From NCBI GenBank assembly GCA_009602735.1, contig WELA01002943.1:60447-116922 (forward strand): 56,476 nt of DNA, in the 5' to 3' direction. The stretch's first letter is position 1; every line of letters starts with the position of its first letter. The notes beneath the pieces are model-generated. The model had not been told where the DNA came from and did not search any database. It saw only the letters and a program-made list of their open reading frames with translations. Source of the stretch: Mesotaenium endlicherianum. Lineage: Eukaryota. This document shows, piece after piece, positions 33,324 through 44,415 of the stretch. A program made the position numbers and the translations under genes.

Positions 33324-35885
33324 TCAGGACCGCGCGGCGCTGGCCATGGAGCCGAGCCACTTGGTGGCGGTCCATTTGGCGCCCTCCAGCACCTTACAGC
33401 TGGCATGCGCGCTGCGCTCGTCCTCCGTCCCGTTCAGGTGCTGCGCTCGAGAAAGGACACCGGAATGCAAGAAATGCAAGAAATACAGATATACTGATGT
33501 GAGCTGCACGAGCAGTAGACGCCAAAAGCATCAGAAGCAACAAAGCGAACAAAAATTACAAAAACAGCACCACTAACAGAAAACAAACAAACCTCTAGCA
33601 GCCTGCTCCTGGTGGAGCCTCAACAGATGCATGTGAACATGGCCGGGGAGATGGGCACGCGGAGGAAAATTTTACTTGGCCCTTCCCTCACACGCCCTTG
33701 CAGCCCCTCTAATCACAGCTGTTGCTAAGTATATAGCTTTGGAGTTACTTCTAGCAGGCGTCAACAGGAGAGCGGTGAAGAGGAGAGCAAGTGAAGCGAG
33801 GGGAGAGGGAGGAAGAGACAGTGACAGAGAGCGAAAGAGGAGAAAGGAGAGGAAAAGAAGAGGACGAGGGAACAGAGGATTTGGGGCGAGAACGAAACAG
33901 GGGGAACATGGGACGAAGGGAGCAAACACGGGCCAGGAGGCGGGCGAGAGGAGAGAGCAAAGAGGAGAGAAGAGAGCGGAGGGGAGGAGAGAGCGAAGAG
34001 AGGAGAGAAAAGAAAGAGAGCATGGAGAGGAGAGCGGTGAGGAAGAGGAGGAGAGCCGAGCAGAACAGAGGGGACAGGAGTGAGGGTAGGAGAGAAGATG
34101 GCAAAACGGCGAGAGCGGAGAGGAAAGGAGGGTACGCACGGTGTTCCAGAAGAGCACCGCATCGCCCCTCATGGGGCTCACCGACAGCCCCCTCTTCGCC
34201 TCGCCCCCGCACTGACAGGTGGCGTCCGATCGGAACGGCTGCGCCTGCCCACGTGCGCATGCGGGGGTGGTGAAGAGCACAGCAAACAATTGAGGCTCCA
34301 TTGATTCATTCTGAGCATATCACTACGAATGAAGTGGGCCCCTGATGCACTCGACAACAAGTTTGAATGCCAGACAGGAGCCTGACAATCATGACGATAC
34401 GCTTCTGAGGGAGGGCCGGCAGACAGGCACAAGAGAAGGGCACTTTTTGACAAACAGTCAAAGAAAAAAATATAGAGGATGGGCAAGCAATACGTGGAGG
34501 GAGAGGAAGAAAATGCTGCAGGGGTGAGGAGGGAGGGGGGAGAGGGAGGGGTGCTTACCTTGGGGAACCAGGTCTCGCCGCCAGCTGTCACGTCGGTGAG
34601 GTACATGAGCAGCGTCGCCACTCTCTGGCCCCCCCGCAGCGACACCTGTTACGACCATCGCCCACCCACACGCGCCGCACGTGCCACACCCCCTCTGACA
34701 GTAAATTGCGCGCATGGATGCAGGCTAGAATGCTTGGGGGCAGTGTGGGGGAGAAAGAGAGGCAACGGGAGGGAGGAAGGGAAGAGGGAGAAGTAGGAGT
34801 GTGGGGAGACATGAAGGGAGGGGAGAGGGGGAGAGGGAGAAAGGGTGAGACCGAAGGAGAGAAAGAGACAGAGAGAGGCAGAGGGAGGGGGAGGGGAAGA
34901 GGGAGAGGCCGTCAGCACTCGCATGCAGCCCTTGCAGCCATCGACCTCTGGAGCTAGTGCGAGGGCAAGGCGTTTGAGGGCAAGACCGGTGGCAGACGCT
35001 CCCGCCGGACGGGTGGTAGCCGCACGCGATGGCTGGACCGCCCGCGACGGTGGCTGTAGCGGCCATGTGGCGCTGGCTGTAGCTGCCACAACAGTAGTTG
35101 TGGGCTGCGGCAACGTCGTGCCTGCAACTATAGCAGCTGCAAGCAACGGGTGTGGCAGCAGTGACAGCGGCAGCAGCAGCCCCGCATGAGAGCAGCACGT
35201 ACAGAAATGCGTCAGCTGAAGCCCGCCACTTGGCACACACACTTGGCACACACGGCTTCGACGAGCCTACCCACCAAGCGATATCAAGTTACCACAATTG
35301 ACCTGGAGAAGTGCACGCAAAAATTTGAGCAGCCAGAATTGAGCAGCGAATAAGCACCCAAAGAGGGACTCAGAGAGCCCCCCCCCAATATGGAACCAAA
35401 AGGCCAGCCACGCTTTCTGCCTCTCCCTTCCCCCCCACTTGCGACGCAGGCGCACGCGCGGGCATGGTGCATGCGTCTCCCTACGCCCTCAACCTCAAGC
35501 TCAAACGTGGGCAGCGCACAAGCGCAGCAGGCACGCACACAGGCACTCACGAACGCATGCACGCGAGAATGCAACATCCAGTCACACATATGACTATTTT
35601 CAGCGGGGCAGAGGTGGGGCAGGCAAGGGTGGGGCAAGGGTGGGGGGNNNNNNNNNNNNNNNNNNGGAGGGAGGGGGGGGGGCACGGACCCACAGACACA
35701 AGGCACAAAGGCAGAAGCATACAGACTCCTGTGAAGGCCTCTAGGGAGAGGCAAGGGTGCCAGGTGGCATGAGGCCGCACCTCATCGCGCAGGTAGTCCT
35801 CATGCTCGCGGTAGTACTGCCCGCTCTCGTACCTGCTCAGTCCACCACACGCGCGCGCCACACCACGCCCCATCACCCACGCACT

Positions 35886-35917
<32 letters not shown>

Positions 35918-37932
35918 TGTGCGTGCGTGCCTGCGTGCATACGCAAGCGCATGCATTGACATCGCGGCTAGCTCCTCCTAAGTGCCAGTACCCAAGACGA
36001 GGGGCCACCTAGGAGGAGGAGGAGGAGGGGGGGGAAAGAGGGGGCTGCCTCAAGAGGCAAGAGATCCAGCTGAGACTACATCAGCTGGTTAGACATCAGC
36101 TCGTCGAGCAACCATCTCCAGTACGTTCTGTTTGGGGCTACAGAAGAAAAAAAGGGTGCACTTGACGCGAGTTGGGGAGAGGGAAGGATGTTGAGGTGAA
36201 CAAAGTCAACGTTTGGGGGAATTGAGAGGAGGAGAAGGGAGGGCCGCAGGAGCCTGGAGGCGTAGGGTGTCAGGGGAACAAGGGGGTGAGGAGAGAGGGA
36301 GGGGGGGGGGGGGGGGNNNNNNNNNNNNNNNNNNNNNNNNNNNGGGGGGGAGGGGGGGGGGGCGGCCATGCCTGAGGAGCTGAGCCGGCTCGTGATTCTG
36401 GGGGGGAACCATCGAGATGTGGCTTATGCGCTGCGCTATGGCCTGCTCCGTGCGGTCACCACGCGGCGCACGCGTACAAGGAGGCGCACAGGGCCGGCAC
36501 GTGGCAACACGCACACGCTCATGCCCAGAGGCACACGCACAGGCACACACGCACACATACACACGCGCGCGCGCATACACTCACACACACACACACGCAG
36601 GCACAGGCACAGGGTAAGTGCTCTTGCAAGTAAATGAAAGGGTAGGAGAGAGTCGATCAAAGACTGGCTCCGGCAGAAAGCGGAGCGGCGGCGGAGGGAA
36701 GAGCAGGGTGAGAGAACGACGACAGGTGGCGCTGGGAGCGGAGAGGCCCGCTGCACAGGTGCCAAGGAGGGCCGCAGAAATACAAGGCCAAGAAGGGAAG
36801 GTCGCGTCTGGAAGCCCGGAAGAAAGGGAAGAAAGGGAAGAAGGGAAAGAAAGGGAAGAAAGAGACGAGAGACAGCCATGAGCTCTCCGAAGGCTACGGC
36901 GAGCAAGAGAATGCGTGATGTGTAGAGAAGGGGTTAGGAATGCTTTTCTCGAATCTTTCTTTCCCATGGAGGCCCGGGCGGGCGGGCTGGCGGGCGGGCG
37001 GGCANAGGTCTGTGTTCAGATATGAGGGGGGGGGGCGCGTGCACTTCATTTCAGGCTCTAAACAAATCAGAACGTCTGTGGGGAGATGTGCGCCTGTCTT
37101 TTGAAATTGAAAGCAGAGGGCCCACCCTGGTTCCTGGAAGCGGAAGAGAGCCAGGCCCCCATTCATCTTAAGCCTTTGGGTTGGCGGGTTGGAATTAGGG
37201 TTAGAGCTGGAACTCATGCAAAAACCCAAATCTTAACCCCGAGTCCTAACCCCTGAGCCCCAGACCCAGGCCCAGAGCCGGAGACAGAGCCAGGCGCAGA
37301 ACCGAGGCTTTTGCTGAAAAGGAGGGGAAGGAGGCGTGGATGGCCTCGCATGCGTCTGCTTCTGTGGGTATCCTGCGCGAGTACACGCGCACGCAGTGAA
37401 TCACAGGCAATGCACACGCGCCACGCACGAATTCCCTTATCAAACAGAACGTATGATGCGTCTGATGTATGGTGGACATACGCAGCGCGCGCGTGTGCGT
37501 GCAGCATAGCTGGCTTAGCAAGGTAGAGGAGGGGGAGGGGAAGCGGTGTGAGAGCAGGAGGCGTGAGGAGGACGCCCGCATGGCCCTAGCCCGGAACCGT
37601 GTCCACGAGGGGAGGGGAGGGGGGGGGAAAGTGCTTGCGCGCGAGTCTTACACGCATGAAGGGCAGCTGCTCCTCGAAAGGAGCCAGCCAGCAGGACGAC
37701 GAGTTCCTCCAGCTGTCGGGCCTCGGCTGCCCACCAATGGCTTCCCCCAAACCCAGCCCAGCCNCCACATCGTCAGTTGGCCCCTCCACAAGGTCGATTG
37801 GGCTGTGGGCTGCGCCATTGCTGACGTGTGTGCCCATTTCGGTGGGGGAGTAGCCGCTGGGCAAGGAGTGCTGCGGTTTGCTTTGATGTGCTCGAATGCA
37901 TAGAATATGTATGCGCACGCAGGCGTGCAGAC

Positions 37933-37963
<31 letters not shown>

Positions 37964-40900
37964 TGAGTGTTTGTATGTGCACGTCCGTGTGCGCGCGAAC
38001 AGTGCATGTGTGTGTGTGCACTTGAAGGTACACGGCGAGTACCGCTTCAAGGTGCGCAGCGATGCGAGAGCGGAGGGAGGAAGAGTGACGTCGCACCCCT
38101 CTTGCACCGACACTCAAGTGCGAGGGAGGAGAGAGGGCGGACTGGAGTGCGGCCCCCCTCTTGCTGGCAACTACCAGCTGCATCAAGCAAGGCGTACTGC
38201 CACTCTCCTCTTCCACACGTTGCTGGGCGCCTCCAAACACTCACACACAGATGCACAGCCACACACAAGTTCAGACACACTCAGAGACACACATACACAC
38301 ACACATACGCACGCACCTGCCCACATACACATACACATGGAGGTGAACACATTTGCGCGAGCACACATACACACACACACGCACACACACACACACATCG
38401 CACGCACACGCACCTGCCCCGTGGCCTCATCCGCCACCATGGCCCGCTGCATGCGGCCCTCACCGAGACACATCTCCATCATGCGGTCGCACTCCTGCAC
38501 GCACGCACGCCCCGCACCCCCCCAAAGCTCCCCCCTCCTGAGTTTGGTGCATGCACGGCACCCTCATGGCCGCGCCAATGTCCAACCAGGCTAGCCAGAC
38601 TCTGATTTGCTACCAGGTTCGCAGGGCACTGACTTCATCTCAAGGCCGAGTGCGACAGCTGTCATGTCCGTCTCTTGATCAGCACACGCGTGCATGCTTG
38701 TCCGTGCATGCATCCTGCCCATTTGAGAGAGTCTGAACATGCCAAACATGCGCCCTAGACATGCCGCGTGTGCGTGCGCGGGTGTGTGTGCGCATGCATG
38801 CGCGTGTGTGCGCGCTCGCTCCACCGCATGGAGTAGGAAATGCTTGGGGGAACGCATGGTGAGGGTTAATAGGCATGCGCGCGCACACACACACACAGAC
38901 ACACACACACACACACACCAAGCAAGCAAAAGCAGGGTCGCAACCTGAATGGTCTGGACTGGGCTAGGCTGGGATGGGCCGGGCTGGGCCGGGGCAGATG
39001 TGCAAGGGTCTCCGAGTCTCTCATTGCAGATGCGTGCCTCCGTGCGTGTGTGCGTGTGTGCGTGTGCCTGCAGGCAAGCGTGCGTACCTGTGTGTGCCTG
39101 CTTGCACGTGTGCGTGCATTTGCGTGTGCGTGCGTACGTGTGTGTGTTTGCGCGTGCTTGCATGCATGTGTTTGTGCTTGTGCGTGCAAGTGCTCGCTTA
39201 CCTGGTAGCTCAGGAAGTTCTCAAAGAGAGTGATGCGCGGGCTCCAGCTCAGCACCACAGGCCTCACCTGCACGCACACGCACACACACAGGTACGCGCA
39301 CACGCATACACGCGCGCACCGACCGGCAGTGTGGCCACGCCAGGCACTTGATATCAAGCAGCTATCAAGCCGGCAGTGTTGATTCCAAGAGTGGGCAGCT
39401 TCATGCAGACTGAATGCCCGGCAGTGTCGCTAAAGGCCAAGGCACCTGGGAGGAGATTTCAAGAAGCAGTTCTGAGTCTCGATCTTTAGAGCGAGCAGCC
39501 ACATGTCGATGTCCGCCCATGCGCGTAAGAGATGGTGACAGGGAGTTGTGCCGCAGGAGGCAGTTTCGATTCTGAAAAAGGGGAGCCGACGATATGTGCG
39601 CGCCGACGCAGGAAAGAAAGGCGGGACAACGGGAAGCACACCGTGCGCCCTAACTGAACTCCAGTCGGAACCCCGGTTGCCGTATTGAACGTGCCTTTTG
39701 CAGGCGTGCGCGCACGCATGCGCGCGCGCACACGCAGGGCAGGCAGGGGGTTGCAGCGGCAGCGGGTGCCGGGGGAGAGGCGGGTGAGTCGGAGCGAGAG
39801 CGGGCCCTCAGAGCGCGCGCATGCCCCCATGGTGGCGACATAGGCGGCTGGCTTTGCTGACATGTCAAACGGCGCAGCGAAGGGAGCGCCTTCAGGAAAG
39901 GCGTCGCAGCCGGAGCGCGCCCTCGGACCGCATGCATTGCCAGAAAGGGGCGGCTGGCCTCGCTCTGACACGTGGCGCAGCTCAGTGAGGACCTCCTGGA
40001 AGGTGTCGCAGCGGGGTGCGCGCCCTCATAGAGGCAACAGAGGCAGCTGATTGCGCGGACTCGGCTGCTGCCACCTGTCAAGTGACTCCTTGCATAGAGG
40101 GGACAGAGAGCCCAAGGGGGGGCCAAGCAGGGGCCAGGAGGGCCCGAGGGGGGGAGNNNNNNNNNNNNNNNNNNNNNNNNNNNNNNNNNNNNNNNNNNNN
40201 NNNNNNNNNNNNNNNNNNNNNNNNNNNNNNNNNNNNNNNNNNNNNNNNNNNNNNNNNNNNNNNNNNNNNNNNNNNNNNNNNNNNNNNNNNNNNNNNNNNN
40301 NNNNNNNNNNNNNNNNNNNNNNNNNNNNNNNNNNNNNNNNNNNNNNNNNNNNNNNNNNNNNNNNNNNNNNNNNNNNNNNNNNNNNNNNNNNNNNNNNNNN
40401 NNNNNNNNNNNNNNNNNNNNNNNNNNNNNNNNNNNNNNNNNNNNNNNNNNNNNNNNNNNNNNNNNNNNNNNNNNNNNNNNNNNNNNNNNNNNNNNNNNNN
40501 NNNNNNNNNNNNNNNNNNNNNNNNNNNNNNNNNNNNNNNNNNNNNNNNNNNNNNNNNNNNNNNNNNNNNNNNNNNNNNNNNNNNNNNNNNNNNNNNNNNN
40601 NNNNNNNNNNNNNNNNNNNNNNNNNNNNNNNNNNNNNNNNNNNNNNNNNNNNNNNNNNNNNNNNNNNNNNNNNNNNNNNNNNNNNNNNNNNNNNNNNNNN
40701 NNNNNNNNNNNNNNNNNNNNNNNNNNNNNNNNNNNNNNNNNNNNNNNNNNNNNNNNNNNNNNNNNNNNNNNNNNNNNNNNNNNGGGGGGGGCGCCTACCA
40801 AGCCGAGGCGGAGCATTTCCGCCTGCCTGGCCGCGCCTGCTGCTCAAAGAGGAGCCAAATAAGGTGCCAGATAAGGAGCCATGAAAGCGGAGCCAAAGAA

Positions 40901-41980
40901 GGGTCAAAAGGGAGCCGGATGATTGGCCGATTAAGGAGCCAGGTAAGCGGAGCCGAGAGGTTGGAGCGCCAGAAGGAGACAAGCCTGGAGGCAGACAGGC
41001 GGAGGCGCGAATAGGTGGAGCGCAGTGAGGAGCCAAACTCGTGAAGCCGAGCAGGGGGAGAAAATAGTGGAGCCGCAAACGGAGCCAAGCAGAGCAGCTG
41101 AGGAGCAGGTCCGGTCATAACATGCAGCCTACTTTCTCAACGAGAGGCGCGCGCCGCCGTCGGGGAACCTCGAGAGCTTTCCGGCTCCAAAAGTGGAGCC
41201 GGCTTGGAGGTCCCAACTTCTCGCCTCTGTTGCAGAGCGGGGGTGTTAGCATTCGAAAAAGGCACGGCAACAAAGAGCTGCTTGCTACCCGGTGCATGTT
41301 GGGCTTGTGCATCAGACAGCGGGGCAACTGGAGGCAAAGGAGAGCGGTTGTTTGTATGCATGTGAGTGTGTGTGTGTGTGTGTGTGGGTGCGTGTGTGGG
41401 TGTGTGTGTGTTTGCGCGTTTGTCGGATTGTATGCTTATACGGGGTCACATGATGCACACATGTTCAAACTGGTTATATAGGGAGAGGGAACGATTATCA
41501 CAAACCAAACCCCCCCCCCGCACCTCCCGCGCTCTCACTCCTCCCCTTCATCACCACACATTGATGAGCATACATGCGCACAAAAATATGTGTTTGCGTG
41601 CCTGCGTGCATGTGCATGTGCGTGCGCGTGTGCGTGTGCGTGCATGCATGTGCCTGTACATGTGGCAAGCCAAACAGGCATAAATACACCCACACGCACG
41701 TGGCATAGCAATGTATTCTCCCAAATTTTTGATGTTGAAAAGGGTCAAGAAAGGTCCAGGTGTGCATACATGAAGTCAAAGATAATGAAATAAACAATAT
41801 CATCGAAGTTAACTATTTTTTTGGCATTTAGCGAGGCCCAGTGCGGACAGAGCACACAAAAATTTGAGAAGAAGAGACGAGGTAAGACTCTGTTCACACC
41901 TTGGTGCGGCTCGGCCCTGCGCTCCACGTCATTGCGCACAAACGCCAGCTCAGCGTCCCGGGCCCACGGCACCTCATTGC
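33324..41980 (-). CDS. Prolyl 4-hydroxylase, plant P4H1-like (copy A), at least 10 exons; start codon unresolved
   Basis: Exons 41980-41900 (tentative), 40836-40799 (RQAEMLRLGL), 39267-39202 (VRPVVLSWSPRITLFENFLS), 38494-38414 (ECD..VADEATGQ), 37726-37652 (DSWRNSSS), 36442-36372 (RISHISMVP..QLLR, GC donor), 35832-35781 (YESGQYYREHEDY), 34645-34559 (GGQRVATLLMYLTDVTAGGETWFP), 34244-34140 (GDAVLFW), 33440-33324 (HASC..KWTATKW, stop). The HxD...H iron triad and the 2-oxoglutarate Lys are intact. Confidence 0.88.
40157..40783. other. Assembly gap (largest N run)
   Basis: N run. Other runs lie at 10096-10179, 18824-19014, 20797-20838, 35648-35665 and 36317-36343. Single Ns are at 2248, 10972, 12226, 24565, 26700, 37005, 37764 and 50968. 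Confidence 0.98.
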
Positions 41981-44415
41981 CTGCCACGCGCAACAGCCAG
42001 GCAGGCGGCATGGGGGACGTCAGTATTTTGTGGAATGGGTGAAGCGGAGACAAGAGCCGCCGGCGCCGCCGCCCAAAGAGCCGAATGAGAACTGGAGGCC
42101 GGCCGCCCGCATCCCTCGGCCGCGCCAGCTGGCAGGCTGGCAGGCTGGCAGGCTGATGGGCTGAGAGCTTAGGTGTGCACATGGAGAGCTTGGGGAGCGA
42201 CACAACCGAGCTGCTGCCGAGTGCGCGTGCCGCGGTGCCCCATGTCCTCTGCTAGCTGCCTGCTGCTACTCTGTCTACAGCGTGGCTGAAGTTAAAAGGC
42301 GGGTGTCACGTGTGGGTATGGGTAGCATGCTCACCGTTCAGGGTTACGGCCAGAGCAGGCCTTAGCATCAGGAAAGCCAAGGCCTTGAAGGGCATAAGGG
42401 CGTAAGGACGGCGTGTGCTCTGAGAAGGGTGTGGGGAGGGAGGAGCGGGGAAGAAGGGGATAGGAGGAGGAGGTGGAGGAAGAGGAGGAGCAGAAGGAGC
42501 AGGAGGAGGAGGTGGCGGCGGCAGTGGGCGTAGGGGAAATGGAGGAGGAGGACGGTGGAGGACGAGGGAGGAGATGGAGAAGAAGGAAGGATAGAGGCAG
42601 TTCTTCCACCAAGCCTAGCAGCCAAAGAAAACTTTGCCCCGCTGGCACTTGCTCAAGCTGATGCATTTTCTTTCGTTCCACAGCTGCTCCGCGTTTTTAT
42701 AACACTGTTCTGAGCGCTTTTATGACGTGACTGGAGCGTCTTCATGACATAGTTTGGGGCGATGGGGAGGAGCGCGGCGAGGCTACGGAGGGAGCAGCTC
42801 TGAAGGCAGCCATGGTGATCTGAAGAAGAAGAAGAAGAAGAAGAGGAAGACGAAGAAGGTGTGCCAGGTGTCAGCTGACTGGGCTGGGCAAAATTCTCTC
42901 ACCTTGGTGGGAGGCTTCGAGCGACCTCTGCGTGAACAGCTGGAGCATGAAAACTGCATACACGTGGAGGGTTCAGAGCGAGGAGGCGCATGTGAAGTGT
43001 AAGCATTGCTTCGAGGGATATGAGGTTCCTGTCTGCCACCTCGACTGCTACTGCTGCGAGCTGCGAGGTGGCAGCACCAGGGGGCAGAAACAAGCTCCTT
43101 GTGGATGGACTTTGAGATGATACAATATTCCAGAATGTCCAGAATAATGCCAGAAAATGCCAGAAAATGCCCTACAAAGAATCAGAATAATGTTGTTTCA
43201 GCGTCGAAGCGAGGAGGACGCAAGAAAGAGCTCCACGAGAAGCTCCACCGAAAGGGAAGAGCGATTCAATGCTAAGAGCATGAAGCTTTTTCATTTTCGT
43301 CTGCATGGTGGGAGTAGCATGCGTCAGGCTCACCTATTCCCGCAAATAGGAGTAGCAGTTGCAACAAGCTCACGGGCTTCGAAGATGACAAAGATCTCAT
43401 CATTGTGGCAGCTCGCAAGCCGTTTCCTCCTGACGTGTAGTAACCTACCCGTCCACTGATGTCCTTACGGAATATATGTTCTTAAGGTCCCCGAACAGGA
43501 TGGAACATTCTTAGAGCTGGAGGTGCCCAGTGTATGTTCCTCATAGCTTCAAGACAGACCGCACCACGATCAATCTCTTTTGGATGATACCCCTGAACTC
43601 ACGTACTAAAGATCAAGGAGAGTGATTCGAAGTTCTGCCAATGTGCACTGCCAACAGCAAGCTGTAATGTAACTCTCTACCCGCACCATACCCAGGAGAT
43701 CGAAGCAGACTCGTCAACACTTCTCAACGACGTTTTTCTTTGGTGAGAATGCACAAATAAAGGACAGAGACAGGATCACATCATGAAAATGTGATCCTTG
43801 GTTCTTTGGAGCGCTCGGGCATGCACGGCCATGCACTCGGACTATATACTGGACGCATTTGGGCACGATTGGGCAGCTTATAAAGGACGTTACCACTTCT
43901 TGTAGCGCACCGTTTAATTGTCTCGAGTGTTAACGGTCGAACATCTTCTGTTCCGCGATCGACAATGTGGATTTCAAGATTTGTTCAAGTTTGATTGTCA
44001 AAATAAATGGCAAGAGCTGGGCAAGAGTCTCTGCACGGAGACTTCATTGACTAAAGTTGAAAAAAAGTCATCTTATGTCCCGAAGTCAAGGATGGGTCAA
44101 ACGTTGCGACGTTGATAATTTGCACGCTCATGATTTGTACGCTCATTTGAGCGCGGTCCTCCATGATGGAGACGAACGTCCATGTGCTGAGAAATGAATG
44201 ATGCATGTTGCTGAAGCCTATGTCTATTCAAAGAAGTTAATTACGTATCTTATATTGCGTATATTGCTCTGATCATCGTCATACAAAAGACGGGAATAGT
44301 GTCTTGAAGAGACTTAATTATCTACTGTGACATTCATTAAAGAGAACCTAACGCCAACTTCAAGTGCAGGGAGCTCAAATTAATATAAGCGCTTTGGTTG
44401 GCCGTAGACATCATC

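Noticed and set aside
39650..41078. 277-388 aa ORFs in several frames
   Set aside because: They are open only because they run through the N gap at 40157-40783.
42020..42243. Candidate first exon or start codon of P4H-A
   Set aside because: No ATG-plus-donor combination giving a convincing hydrophobic anchor in the right phase could be fixed by eye.
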